NCBI GenBank assembly: GCA_051294375.1
Contig: CM119266.1
Coordinates: 7,327,707 to 7,391,706, forward strand
Reading direction: 5' to 3'
Source of the DNA: Paraspadella gotoi
Lineage: Eukaryota; Animalia; Chaetognatha
DNA: 64,000 nucleotides
Shown: positions 1-13,207 of the stretch, in pieces
How positions within the stretch are numbered: position 1 is the stretch's first letter
Layout of the letters: each line of letters starts with the position of its first letter
The notes under the pieces: generated by a model
What the model was told of the DNA's origin: nothing
The model's input: the letters and a program-made list of their open reading frames with translations, nothing else
Databases searched by the model: none
Position numbers and translations under genes: made by a program

Positions 1-156
1 CCTTTTGTCGTTGCTCTCACCGTCGCCACACTGCTTTCCTCCATCGTTCAATTTATTCTGTCGATCCCGATCCTATGGAAGCTTAATTCTTTCTCTCGCT
101 GAGTCACCCAGCACGCCAGAATTTTATTGTTGCAAAAGTAGCATCGGAAAAAATGA

Positions 157-224
157 CCCTAATCCCAACCCTAATCCCTATATCTATCCTCTAAACTAAC
201 CTTATCCCTACCGAAACCCTAAAC
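157..224. repeat. Degenerate CCCTAA-like (telomere-like) interstitial tract
   Basis: ccctaatcccaaccctaatccctatatc...aaccctaaac. Confidence 0.4.
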
Positions 225-266
225 AATTATCCATCGTTCAAATTATCGTCGGCGTTTTTGTCGATC

Positions 267-317
<51 letters not shown>

Positions 318-670
318 AGAGAGAGAGAGAGAGAGAGACTATTATGTGCAGAATTCTAATTCTATTATTACGTATTTTGTATCCAAACAGGAAAAAAATT
401 TATAAAAAATATATTATTTGTCACTATATACATTGACAGTTTGAAGTGACAGTCTTCAGAAGTGTTAATATATTTCTTATCAAACCTTTATTACATTCAA
501 CCAATCATTATCTCGCCCCTTCCTTCTCCCCCTCCCTCCCCACCTCACCATTCAGCGTTTCTCCTCATCGAACGGATCGAATCGTCGCGTCGACTTGTCG
601 TCGCCGAATTCGCCGCCGACATCGCCGACGCACAACCCCGCGTCGGCAGCGTCGCAGGTGCGTCGGCAAA

Positions 671-2170
671 ATGTTCATCGATGAAGAGTAAATTACCATT
701 TTTTAATTCTCACGCGAACGTATTCTTTTGGGGACTTTATATATTTCAGTATTTTTTACTATGTTTATATTTTTTTTTAAAATTTTTAGAATTTTTTATT
801 TTTTATTAGCAATGGTGTAATTTTTTATTATTTTTGGTTATTTTAATATTTTAACTATTTTTAGTTATTTTAATATTTAAATATTTGTAGTAATCTTAGT
901 ATTTTAGTATTTTTTTAGCGTTTTTACTTTTTATTTATAAATATTTATAAATATCCTTTTTAAGGGAGACAAATCTCACCAATTTCCAATGTCCCTCCTC
1001 CACTCCCCAACAGGCTCGTCAACAGGGGTCGGACCCAAGTCACAGCAGCGGGAAGAGTCACGGTTGGACAGGAGTCGTCATGGGTTGCAATCCCTGGAAG
1101 AAGGAGCGACGAAACGACGACGACGACGAGGACGACGACGGCGACGCTGACGGTGAATTGATGGATGGATGGATTGGATTGATGGACGGATGGATGGATT
1201 GATGGATGGATGGATGGATGGATGGAATGAGTATTGATGAGATGGATGGATGGGATGGAATGGAATGATTGATGGATGGATGGATGGAATGAATGAATTG
1301 ATGGATGGATGGATTGATGGATTGAGTAAGAAATGGATTGATGGATGGATGGATGGATGGATGGAGGGATTGGATGGAATGAATGAATGGATGGATGGAT
1401 GGTGGATGGATTGAGAATGGATGAATGGATAAACGAATTTATTTATAAAATAATGGATAAATTCATAAGTAGCTTTATAAGTCTTAATCTGATGATATTG
1501 AGTATGAAATTACTTATTTATTCATTATTTATTTCACGCGTCGCTCTTTTGTCTTTTCAGGAGTTAATTCATGAGGACGGGTTGCCGCGAGGGGCGCTGG
1601 AGGCGTCGCCCGCCCGTCACTCGATTCGCAGCGGAAAATCTTCGGACGGCGACGGTGGAAGGTGGGTGGATGGGGGAAGGTAGGTGGATGGGGGAAGGTG
1701 GTCTATGAGCGTAGTTGGATAGCTTAGAAAGAGTGGATTGATACAAGATAGGGGTAAGTTTGGTGCAAGGAAATTAGTTAATGGTTATTTGTTAAGGTGA
1801 TTTATGGTGGAAAATGGACACTACAAGATAAAAAATTATGGATAGATAAGAGAATTTCCTGTGAATGAGATAAGACGATGAGCAAGAATATCCATTACAC
1901 ATCCGTTTGTAAAAATATGGTTTAAAGGTAATTTATACTTACCATTATCATTTCCGTCCCTCACGCCCCTCAGCCCCTTTCACCACTCCCGCCTCTCCGC
2001 CGAAGGAAACCCCGACGACGACGACCCCACATCCTCCCCCTTTCGCTCCCCCCTCTCCTCCCACGAAGTCTCCAAGGAAGCGGACGAGTCAATCGACTAC
2101 ACCGGAATCGTCGCAGCTTTGGGCGGGGACTCATCCGCCGCCAATACCCCGGATGTGGAGACGCCGGTAG

Positions 2171-2236
<66 letters not shown>

Positions 2237-5061
2237 TTTCTCATGTTAAATTTAGTGAACTTTGATATTTACAAAAATCTCACTTACATATTGCGGTATA
2301 CAACTGTTTCCTGGTTGCGATAGTTATTGTCTCAATAAAGCGTTCTTAAACTAGTAAGACGCGGAATTTCAAGATTAGAAATGTTTTAAAAATTGAACTA
2401 GTATTTGAATATAGGCTAAATGATATGTCTTTATAATTTTAAATCGATAGTTTATTGCTCATTTGAAACTTTTCACAGATTCCTACTCAAGTTTATTTTT
2501 CGTCTCGCTCCGTTGATTCCATAATTGATGCATAATTTCTGATTTTAAAAAGACTTCCAGGTCTTACTGGTTATACTTGTTTTAACGTAGGACTGCAAAT
2601 GCGTTACACTATTTAGAATTTTTTGTCTGTCATCCAACTAATAAATTACTAATCTGATGCTGATTTCAAATTTTACGCCGTTTTGATATCCTTAGAGGAA
2701 TAAACGTATTTACACTGCAAAATTAAAAATAAATTGTATTACATTTGCAAAGATTATTCTATAATATAATAAAACGAAAAAATAATCTTTCTTTCCTTCT
2801 CGTACAGCGCCCTTTCCCCGGACGCCAAACAATCTCTCCGACTCGCGGATCGACACGCCACCCGCCGCCTCCGCCGCCGACGATGACGACCAAATCGGCG
2901 TCTCGTTCGCCGCCGATGAAGCTAGCGGCGCCGCCGGCGGTGGCCGCCAGTCGGGGCGCAAAAAGTAAGGCGGATTAAGGACGTGAAGAAAATATACTCT
3001 AAATTTAAAGAAAAAGAGAAGAAAACAAAACAACATCGATTGGACCCTTTTTCGATTCAGGTTACGCCCAAGATTCCCGCCCGGCTTCACTAGTAGTTTC
3101 TTCCTCATCCTCAGCCGATAACTTCGACAACAAAAGAACATCGACGGGTCAACAATCTCATCAGCAGCAGCGGGCGAGGCCGCAGTCTCAAACTTACCAA
3201 AGTCCGAACGATTCGGTGACCAGCGCCAATTCGAGAATTCCCTTCATGCCATCCAACTTTCATGGGTGGGGAGAGTTTACTAACTAGTTATACTCTTGAG
3301 ATGTATTTATAATTATACAATTTTACAATTACCAGTACATTGATTTAGTCAATTTTTTCTTATTTTATAATAAGATGTTTATACATTTTAAATATAAAGA
3401 TACAATTAAGAATATATATTTGATTTCGAATAATAATTTTTAAAAAAATAACTTTTAATTTTTTTTAATATTCAGTTATTTAAATTAAAATCTTTTTTAC
3501 GAACTCCCCTTTAGTCACGTGACCACCACTAACGCTTACGGCACGCCGGTGGCGCCGCCTCCTTCCTACCCGATGGCGCCCTACGGCGTCGCCAGCGCCG
3601 GTTACCCCGGGGCGACAGCGGCGCCGTTATTGGGTCCTCCGCCGGCGTCACCCCGCGACGCCGACACGGGCGAACGCGGCGTCGTCGCTGTCCCGATGGG
3701 CGGCGCCGGTGACGTCGAAATTCCGAGCGGCGCGGGTCGGCGTCGCGGCGCCGGTGGTCGTCGGGAAGAGACGCCGGGACGACATTTCAGTCCGGGGTGA
3801 GAGGATTGGGTGTGGGGTGATTAATGAGGGGTTTGAGTGGAGTGACTGGGTGGAGTGTCGTTCTAGGGAGGAAGTAGGGTGTTGGGATTTGAACACAAAT
3901 TGTGTTAAAAATTGAAACATTATACCACTTCATCGATAGGGAAGCCAGGTACTCTTGGAGTGAATAAACGAGACTGAGAGAGTCTTGATTGAAAGCTTGC
4001 AGGGACCTGCTATGTCATTATCTTGTAAGAGTGATGGAGGCCTTAAACCACCAAAGCCTGTCCAAAGTCAGGGGAAAGAGCTTATTTATTAAATGGTTGT
4101 ACCAATTTCATAAAGATTCATTCATACATTCATTCATTAATTCATTCATTCATACATTCATTCATTCACTCATTCATTCATTCATTCATTTATATATTCA
4201 TTCATTATTCATCTCTTCAATCCTCCCTCCCACCTCAACCTCCTCCATTAACTCAGCGAACCCCCAACCCCTCGTCCACCCCCTCCTCATCCTCTCGACG
4301 TCGCCGCCGTCGTCCACGCCCCTTTCGGCGCCGCGCCGCCCGGGCACCCGCTGGCGCCGTCCCCGGCTCCGCTTCCCGCTCCTTCCCCGGCGCCTTGGAT
4401 CTTCGAGGCGGCGCCGGGCGGGCAACACTTCGTCCACGACTCGCGGTCTTACTCGACGCTTCCGTCGTCGCACTCCAGACAAAACAACTTAGCTCATTCC
4501 AGGCGCGTGCGTGCGTGAGGCGTGTGTGTGCTCGTTAGCATTGTGTCAGTGTGCATGTGTGTGATTGTAATTGTTGTTTTGGTTTTGGTTTTTGGTTTTG
4601 TTTTTGCTTGAATTAAGTTTATCGCCCTCACCCGAGTTACATACTTTTTACCTTTTAGGATTTTAAAAGCTAAATTTACTAACTCTCACTTTTTAAATTT
4701 ATTATTTAAATCTATTGTGAAACTTACTTAGGTCTTTTTTAATTTCCAAAAACGTTTATCCTTTTTGAAAAAAAAACATTTACAGAAGCGGAACCGGATT
4801 CTACGCTCCGTCCACTCACGGCGGTTCCGTCCTCTCCTCTTCCTCCGGCGCCGGAATCAACTCAATTTCCGGTAAGTCTTTTCTTGTAACGTCGAAACCG
4901 GTTAGCGAAAAAGTGGTCACTTTGCAACGGACGTTTTTACAGGAAACACTGTATTTTGTGGCAGTAATTATGTCGTCATCTTGAGCTTGAAAAATGGCGT
5001 TTTTACTACCACACTTAGTCCCGCAAAACAAAAAAAAAAGAAATAAAAAAAAAGGGCGAAC

Positions 5062-5160
<99 letters not shown>

Positions 5161-6543
5161 TGGTTTTCAAAGGACCCGCCGAGGTATTTCGTTGTTTACC
5201 TTAAAATTTTCCTCTCGAACGAAGTCAACTTTATAAACTTGTAAACCGGAATTCAAAATCAGCAAAAACCCGTAACCCGACGTAACGAGCATCCGTGCCT
5301 TTGTCCGAATCACGTACATCTGCCTATGAATATATTTATTTTCGTGAGAAGATGAGAAACGGACGAATTAGCGTATGAATATTTATTCTAAAAGAGAAAA
5401 CTGGTCCCTCCGAAAGTGGGAAGGTGACCCGGTCGGGTTTGACCGCGATTTGTTGGAGAGAGAGAGAAAAAAAGGGGGAAGGTGGTTTGGCATTTAGAGG
5501 GTGGTTGAATCGATGGTGGGGGGGTGGGTTTGTTTGGGTAAGGCGTGGCTCAATGATGATCTTGTCGGATTAAGTCGTTTGCTCTGTAACCGTTGGGACG
5601 GAAAGTCACGGTCATTTGATTCGTAATTGCCGTGACTGTTTTTCGTTGATGCAAAAATGCGTGACCTTCTAAAAACATAAGGTCGGAACATTAAGTCGTA
5701 ACCGAAAACAATAATTAGGACCAAACTGACCCGTTTCCAATAACAACGCATCTTACGACCGGACGTAAAAAAAGGTAGAACCGGTTTGACTGTACCCAAC
5801 CTGACCCCCTTTTTGTTTACAGGGGGTGCGATGACGATGTCGACCTCGGGAAGAATTCGAATTCCATCCAACCAAAGTGTCAATTCCAAAGGTTAGTTTT
5901 ATGGCACATGATGCGGTTTGTTAGTTTTAAGTAAATTGTCATTAGTTTAGTTCATAAGGATAGATTGTCGTCAGTTGATTTGTAATTTGGTTAGATTCTC
6001 ATTAGCTTAGATATTCATTAAATTACACGATCAAATATTAATACTCATTATGTATTGTGAATGATCTGAAAGCGAATTTAGGGCATCGTTGTTTTTTAGA
6101 TAAGTTAACCAAATTTGCGCACCGGTACTAATCAAATTCAATTAATTTTCCCTAAGATTCCTTAGATTCTCCCAAGTTAGATTTCTATTTAAACTCTCTC
6201 TCTCTCTCTCTCTTTTTTTTTTTCTTCTTCCTCTGACGATTTCATCGCCGCTTCTATCTTTTTACCATCTCCCCTTTAAATCTACCATCTCCTCCGTTCA
6301 ATTTACCATCTACTCTCTCAAATTACCATCTCCCCCAAATTACCACCCCCCCCACCCCACCGACAAAAAGGATCGACGACGGATCGAAGTTCCCCGATGT
6401 CTCCGTCCCTAAACGCGAGTTCCGGCGGCGTCGACCGGACATCCGGATTCGCCGTAGATCGCGTTTCCGGCTTCGGCCGCCGTTCCGGGCGTCGGCGTCA
6501 TCGTCCTCCATCGCCGCCAGATATCACGACGCCGGTGAGTTGA
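671..6543 (+). CDS. Gene A: multi-exon Pro/Ser/Gly-rich, probably disordered protein (~557 aa) with a PPxY motif; family not recognised
   Basis: Exons 671-687, 1014-1152, 1561-1661 (alt donor 1679), 1974-2166, 2808-2964, 3061-3265, 3515-3796, 4257-4514 (or GC donor after 4502), 4786-4871, 5823-5891, 6371-6534. All have AG/GT borders, matching phases and no stops. Reads [14 protein letters not shown]...SIDYTGIV...[11 protein letters not shown]...[14 protein letters not shown]...PPDITTP. ATG 671 is in AAAATG context, but the frame is open back to an acceptor at 556, so the true start may lie upstream. The 3' end is either GTG AGT TGA (6543) or a further exon. Confidence 0.8.
1014..1152 (+). CDS. 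Gene A exon (LVNRGRTQ...TTATLT)
   Basis: cag|G acceptor, ACG|gtgaat donor, phase 2 to 0. Confidence 0.7.
1160..1430. repeat. (GATG)n microsatellite in gene A intron
   Basis: Imperfect GGAT/GAAT tetramer run. Confidence 0.9.
1561..1661 (+). CDS. Gene A exon ([21 protein letters not shown]...)
   Basis: ttttcag| acceptor; only phase 0 is open; donors after 1661 and 1679 are both phase 2. Confidence 0.8.
1974..2166 (+). CDS. Gene A exon ([11 protein letters not shown]...[13 protein letters not shown]...VETP)
   Basis: cag|C acceptor, CCG|gtaggg donor, phase 2 to 0. Confidence 0.8.
2808..2964 (+). CDS. Gene A exon ([11 protein letters not shown]...PPPPPP...)
   Basis: tacag| acceptor, A|gtaagg donor, phase 0 to 1. 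Confidence 0.8.
3061..3265 (+). CDS. Gene A exon ([10 protein letters not shown]...[10 protein letters not shown])
   Basis: ttcag| acceptor, GG|gtgggg donor, phase 1 to 2. Confidence 0.8.
3515..3796 (+). CDS. Gene A exon containing PPPSY motif
   Basis: ttag| acceptor, GG|gtgaga donor; matches ORF 3519-3800. Confidence 0.8.
4115..4210. repeat. (CATT)n microsatellite
   Basis: Tetramer run. Confidence 0.9.
4257..4514 (+). CDS. Gene A Pro-rich exon ([13 protein letters not shown]...[12 protein letters not shown])
   Basis: ctcag| acceptor; two phase-2 donor options (AG|gcgcgt after 4502, GC|gtgagg after 4514). Confidence 0.75.
4786..4871 (+). CDS. Gene A exon ([16 protein letters not shown]...)
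   Basis: ttacag| acceptor, G|gtaagt donor, phase 2 to 1. Confidence 0.8.
5065..5158. repeat. (GA)n microsatellite (one of many in the window)
   Basis: Pure GA run; similar runs near 268, 2174, 11805, 13144, 15657, 20066, 20769, 29682, 63777. Confidence 0.95.
5823..5891 (+). CDS. Gene A small exon ([22 protein letters not shown])
   Basis: tttttgtttacag| acceptor, AAG|gttagt donor; 69 nt symmetric phase-1 exon. Confidence 0.7.
6371..6543 (+). CDS. Gene A last visible exon ([13 protein letters not shown]...PPDITTP[VS*])
   Basis: Phase-1 frame is open; CCG|gtgagt donor after 6534, or in-frame TGA at 6541-6543. Confidence 0.7.
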
Positions 6544-8728
6544 AAGAAACAATTTGTTTCGTATTTCTTTGTTTTTTATTTGAATTTTTAATTCGTTAAT
6601 TTTTGCTTAATTTTTTTGGTTTATTTTGATAAATTTATTGTTTTTGATTTTAATTTGCTTCGTCCCAAAAACTGGGGGAACGCGTCAAGGAGAAATTCCA
6701 AAACTCAAAAACCAGTTTTTTTTTTTAATGAAAACTAATGGTGATTAAGCAATGTATGGAATTTTTCAAAACTTGAAGAAAAAAAAAGTATCTTCCAATT
6801 TATGCCACTTTTTAATGGAACCGGTTACTTGAATTTAGACACGCGAAACTCACGCTCGTAATTTTGATTTTTTTAAAAGGTGTTACCTCTCTCTCTCCTC
6901 TCTTTCTCTCTCGATGAAATGTCGAATGATACGATCAAGGCTTACGCCTACACGACATTTTATTTTATTATTTTTTAAATTTATTTTTATTTACGAACTC
7001 GAAACTCGTATTTTACGCTACTCAATTTGTCTCTGTTACGCTCCTACTTCAATACCGACTTTAGGAGAAGATCTATGATTCATTCTTAGCGTTTTTTTCC
7101 CATTTGACATTTATTGAGTTTCTCGAGAGAAAGAGGGTAATTTAAGTATTAAAAATTATAATTAAATATCCCTTTAAAAAAACTCGTTTTACGAAAAGCG
7201 ACTCAATTAACATAAAACTGGAAAGACTGCGTTGTCCTCATATGAGCTTCGAGTCTGGCGACTTACCTCTTAATTGCTGCAGCCGCTTATCCCGCTACAG
7301 AAGCCACCGCTGCGCATCAGTCACCTTCCTCTTGCTTTATTACTACCTCCCTCACCCGCCCCGAGCCATCCCGGCTTTTTTTCAGCCGGCGTGGCTTTCG
7401 GCTATGGAAAGGCCCGGGGCCTTTGGGTACCAGATATTTTTTAACTGGTAGAGAACGTGATAGAGAGAGAGAGACGTTGAGACGAGGGATTAAGAGATCG
7501 AGAGGCAGGGAGACTTATTTTGAACCGTAACCCTATAACCGTCAGTCACATTCTTTTAACCAAGTTCGTTTAAACTGACGAAATTCTTTCTTTAACCATA
7601 AAACCCAGATTCCAAAAAAGGAGAGCTAAACAAGCCATATTTGATGATTAAATAACAGACGATTTTGACGTTCATAGATTGATAATCAAAACAAATATTT
7701 TCTCGCTTCACGGATCTTCCTCCGTCTCCTCGTGGGCGGAGGTTCGAGTTCATTAACACCTCTGACCCGGATGCAGATCGCCTCTCGCCAACCGTATGAA
7801 ATATAATTAACCTTGTTTAAATTGATTTAAATAAAAAAAAACTTGAAATTTAAAAACAACGATAAATCTGCATTCCACGACTTAGACGTCCCGAGAAAAA
7901 TATGGGAATCTGATTTATCGGAAAACCGGTTTAAAAAGAGCTACGTCGCTCGCTCTCTCTCTTTCTCTCTCTATCTCTCTCTCTTGCACGCGCGCACGCA
8001 CAACGTCGGTCCGACACCCTTCGATCGTCGCACGCGGATTAAAACTCGAGATTCAAACAGGTTTTTTTTTTAATTCAAAATCGTCGAAGCTTTGAAAAAA
8101 AATCATTGTACTTATCCTTTGCCTCCTTTTCTGTCTATCTGTCTGACTATTCGTCCTTCTTTCTTTCTTTCTTTCTTTTCTTGTCTACAATAAAGAAAAA
8201 AAAGGTCAAATTATCCAGACAATCTTGAAAAAAGAAAATAACTTTTAATCCGTTCACTGAGTGATGTCATTTAGTCGAGAAATCAAAATACTGTTTCAAA
8301 AAGTCCGGGAGCATTGAACACGCACACAAAATTTCAAAGGGACAAAAAAAAAAAAAAAAAACATACAGAAAATTTAAAAACCACAAAACGAAAATAATGA
8401 GAATTGTTTACAAACAAATGAAAGGAAATTTAAAAGAAAGAAAGTTCCGAAACGGAACAGGGTTTTGAAAACGAACAAAAAGGGTTTTGACGAACGAACT
8501 TACATACAGATAGGGAGAGGAAAAAAAAAGACAAGAAAACGCATAACCGAAAAAAAAAACAATCATTCCAAGAACCGGGCAATGATAAAATAATAATAAT
8601 AATAATAATTAGTAATCGATCAAGGTATAACGACAATATAACCGACGAAGAAAGTAATAAAGTTAGAAAAATGGCATGCTGAGGTTTTGTTTTTCTCTTT
8701 TGTTGTTTTGTTTTTTTGACTTTTGATA

Positions 8729-9084
8729 TCAGAATCGAGTGACGATCTCGTTTCTGTAAGGCGATAGAGAAACTCCGCCGCTTCCGCTGCTGAGACCGCT
8801 AGCGCCGCCGCCGCCGCCGCCGCCGCGTCCGTCCTCCGCGTCCGGCTCTCCGTCCGTCGAGTACGAGAGTCCCGGGAGATCGAAGCGCCAATCGGCGGTG
8901 CCGGTGGACGCAGCGGACGCCGGCCCGTCCGACGGAGCCGCGTCGGATTCCATCGAGGATCCCATGGCGCCGATCTTTCTCAAATCGTTGGTGGAACCCA
9001 AGGCTGAGATTTTCATCTTTAGTCCGGAGAGGATGGCGGGCATTGAACGGCGCCAGGATTGCTTGCGGTTGGAAGAGTCGGAGG
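8729..9084 (-). CDS. Gene B terminal exon ending YRNEIVTRF*
   Basis: ccgcag| acceptor; TGA at 8729-8731. Confidence 0.85.
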
Positions 9085-11814
9085 CTGCGGGGGAAGAGGA
9101 GATGGGGTCGGGAAGGGGGGGGGGAGAGGGTTGTCGTTTAGTTATTGAGACTTTCATTCTTTAAAATAAATTGGTACAATAAATATAAATTATAAGCTAT
9201 ATTGCCGTTGAATTTGAACAGGCGATCGTGAATTAAGACCTCCGTCCATCTTACAAAATAACGAAATAACAGTACAAGCTGCGAGCTTTATTCAAGACTC
9301 TCAATTCACAGTGGAACTCGGTATCAAAATTGTAACATTAATTTTCCTATTATTATAAGATACAATTTCCACAATAATAACAACAACAACAACGATCCTC
9401 ACCTTTTCTCTTGACCACATTGGCCACTTCGCCCACGTCTACCCACGCCTTTCCGCTGCCGCTGCCGCTGCCGCTCCTCTTCCCTCCGCTTCCGACGTCG
9501 CATTCGTCGAGACCGGCAACGACGTCGTCGTCGGCCAATGAGTTCGTCGACGTCGCCGACGCCAACGAACTTCCCATGAAGGCGAGAGACCGACGCTTGG
9601 GTTCAGCTTCTTTCTTCCCTTCGTTCCCTTTTCTTCGTTTCACCTGGCGGAGAAATGAAGAGTTAGGATTTTTTTTGATAAACGAACGCCCTGATTTGTG
9701 GAAGTTAAAATCCTACATCTCGAAACTGGACGGTGCCTAAAGCAGTCTTTTTAGCGTTCAGCATTTTTTTTTCTCTTTCTTCCTCTCATTTTCGGTTTTT
9801 CTTTCTTTTCTTTCTCCACTTTTTTACTTTTTTATTTCATCTCTTACCTTTTCGTCTTTTTATTTCCCCCTTTCCTTCTTTTTCTTCCTCTTTTTCTTTC
9901 TTTCTTTCCTTTCTCTTTCTTCCTCCCCCTTAATCGCCCTCCCTCTTACCCTTTCCCCCATAACTTCCTCACTCTTTTTATTTCCATTAATCTCTGCTCC
10001 CCTCCCACTCCCTCGGCTTTCTTTCTCCCCTCCCCCTGCTCCTCCTCCTCCCCCTCCCTCCTTCCCTCACCGTATCAAACATCCCGTCCGGCAACTCAAT
10101 GACGGGCAACGAATGAATTCTGTCTTCATCCGCATCATCGACGCTGGCCGCTCGAGACGCTGGCAAACTCCTTCCCGCTCTGGCGCTACTTCCTGCGTCC
10201 CGTTCGTCGTCCAAAACGTCCGGCGGCAGGACGCGTCCCTGACGCGCCAGAGCAGCGGCGGACGTCGGCGCCGCGGACGACGCCGTTCTTGAAGACGGTC
10301 TGGAAGTGTCGACGGCGCCGGGAAGATCCAAACTCGACCCTCTTGACGAAGGCGGCGTTCCGGCGTCGGCCGATCGATCGCGATCGACGCCGCCGCCAAA
10401 GATCTGTCCGTCGGTGACGCCCCGGCGCTCTTTGACCTCCACGACGACGCCGAGTCCATCTTCCGGCGCCGCCAAGTTCGTCTCGCTCGCGGATTTGAGT
10501 CGAGAGGCGCCAGAGATCAGCAGCCGCTGCTGCTGTTGTAGCCGGAGTCGCTGCTCCTGCTGTTGCTGTTGTTTGCGGAAGCGTCCGGGAAATGCGCCTT
10601 TGACGAAGGCGCTGGCGTTGGCGCGGATTCGTTCACCGCGGCGCGCCAAATTGCTGGAGGCGTTGGAGGATGGCGATGACGCCGGCCAGGCGAGCGTCGT
10701 CGCGCCGCTAGCGCCGCCGCCGACGACGAGACCGGAGCTGCTGCCGCGCGTCGGCGGCGGAGAGATCGGCGACGCTGGGCCGCCGCCGAAGGAGGACGAG
10801 CGGTCGGAAGAGGGAGTCGAGGCGGTCTGGCGGAGTTGAGACGCGGAACGGGTCTTCAAGGAGACGTCGCGCTCAGTCTCGTGGGATTCTGGGGGAGAGA
10901 GTTGAAAGGATTGGTGATTGATTTGAATGCTTGGTGGGACTGATTGCTTGGTTGGGGGGCTAAATTCTTGGTTTGTTTCTCTGTTATGTCTGAGACGAGA
11001 TGACGATGAGTTTATTACAAAAACTGAACACTTGAATGGCGATAAATTGAGTGAATGATATGATTAATATGATTCAACTGTGTATGATTCGATTGTACAT
11101 GTATGAATCACAACCGGTAAATCTCTCTCTCTCGTCATTGAATTGTATTGAAAATCAAATAAATATACGATTTATACCAGTTTAACTCTCTCGGTTTAAA
11201 TAATTATTTTTTATAAACGTCGCTTGATTACGCGATTGAGTCACGGCTATTTTCCCCTTAATGTCAGGTAAATTATCAAATTGTGTTTGACCTATTGACT
11301 CCCAAATTGATTCTTCTGATTGGTCGAATTGACTCACCTAATCGTTTTGCAGCCAATGAGCAAAGGAGCGACAATTGATTGTGTTGTCTCTTCGCTTCAG
11401 CCGATTTCGTTTCCAAAGTTTTGATCTGTTGAGGGAAAAAACTCTTATTATGATTTACGAATTATGTATATACTCTCTTTTCGTTGTTTTTGAGGTATTA
11501 GGAGAAAAACAGTTTTGGTTTGACAAAAATCGTTGTCAAACCAAAACTGTTTTTCTCCTGATTTACGAATTATATATTAAACTTACATTAAATGCTACAG
11601 GCATTTTATATTATCATACATCCCTATTTGTAAATCCCATTGTGACAACAGTTTAAACCATTAAACAGTGTAAATCCGGTTTTAAGCATCAAAGGCGGAA
11701 ACAAAAACAAGAGACATCAATATCAACAAAGTCGCCGACAAAAACATCATATGACTCAGTCTTTGACGCCGTCTTGAAAACCGCGGGTTTCCCAGCGGCT
11801 ACACGAGAGAGAGA

Positions 11815-11867
<53 letters not shown>

Positions 11868-12750
11868 TGAATATGAAAAGTCAATAGAAAAAAGTTGAAA
11901 GACTTTTTTTATTCCCTTTCTCAAGGATTTCGTAATAAACGAACTTCGTAAAAAGAGTTAAACAACGCGGAGCCGAAATTTGATCGTCTTTTACGAAGTT
12001 CGTAAAAGTCGAAGAGGAGAACAGAGGTTTTTGTATATATGTGTGTGTGAGTGTGTGTGTGTTAGAAATGAGTGTGCGGCGATTGTTGGCGAGAGGGCGT
12101 GGTTGCGTGTGAACGCTTTGAACAGTAGAACGTTGTAATTGAGAGAGACAGATATCTAATAGCGAGAGAGAGTCAGGGAGAGTGTGAAAGAGAGGAAGAA
12201 AGTAAGAGAGAGATAGAGAGAAATATAGAGGCAAACGTTTTTTTAATCCCGTCTTTAAAAAATTTGGTGAGAAAAGTTTAGAAATAATTAGCGGGAAAAC
12301 TTGAAGAAAGATGTGAAAAACATTTTCTCTCTCTCTCTCTCTCTCTCCCTTTCATTAAACCACATGACTTCTCATTTCGTTAAGAGATGAAAGAAGGCTC
12401 CAGGCCGCGATAAAACCATCGCTCTGTTTATTTATATATATTTTGGGGCCTTTTTACTCAGTAGTTAATTTTATTCATTCGCGCTTCGTAAATATTATCT
12501 TACGACCATCTTGGTTTAAGTTTTTTAAGGGGAGAAAAAAAAGAATGCCGGTTCTTAAGTTAAATCAGTTCTTCGTTATAGATGATAATTTAATTTAAAG
12601 GTGAAGAGAAAAAGTTTTTCGAAAGAAATTTTTTTGTTAATTCTAGAAATTTATAGTTTAGAATATTTTTTCACCTTTTAAACGTAGTCATCTACTTTTT
12701 TTTGGAGGGGCGAGGTGTTCTAATGATCTTTTCACCCTCTCTCTTTACAA

Positions 12751-12787
<37 letters not shown>

Positions 12788-13142
12788 CGCAGATGGGTTT
12801 TTTACCACTCCGAGTGATTTATCGGTAAATGAGAATAATTTGAAAAGTTTTTGCTAATTCGATTTCGGTAGAGAAAAGGGATAGAGAGAGAGAGACAGAG
12901 AGACAAAAAAAGTAAAATATGTAGAAGCCAAAATATTTTTTTTTGCTATGAAGAAACAAAGAATGTCAATTATTCAATTTGAAGAGCAGAAAATTACATT
13001 TGCTACAAATTTCCTAGAGATCGTCATGATAATTTGTTATATGTAAACAACGCTGTAATTGATCCGCGATGACTATCGCTGGTTTTAACCAAAAACCCTT
13101 GTAGCCTTACCGCGATTCTTATCTCGGAGAAATGGTTAAAAC

Positions 13143-13207
<65 letters not shown>

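Noticed and set aside
157-224. True telomere
   Set aside because: Short, degenerate and interstitial.
5494-5889. 131-aa minus-strand ORF
   Set aside because: No recognisable motif; lies antisense to a gene A intron and small exon.
7261-7272. U1 snRNA 5' end or spliced-leader RNA
   Set aside because: Only acttacct matches; no U1 body or clear Sm site. Better explained as a minus-strand donor.
10306-10839. Plus-strand ORFs overlapping gene B exons
   Set aside because: Antisense shadows of GC-rich coding exons.
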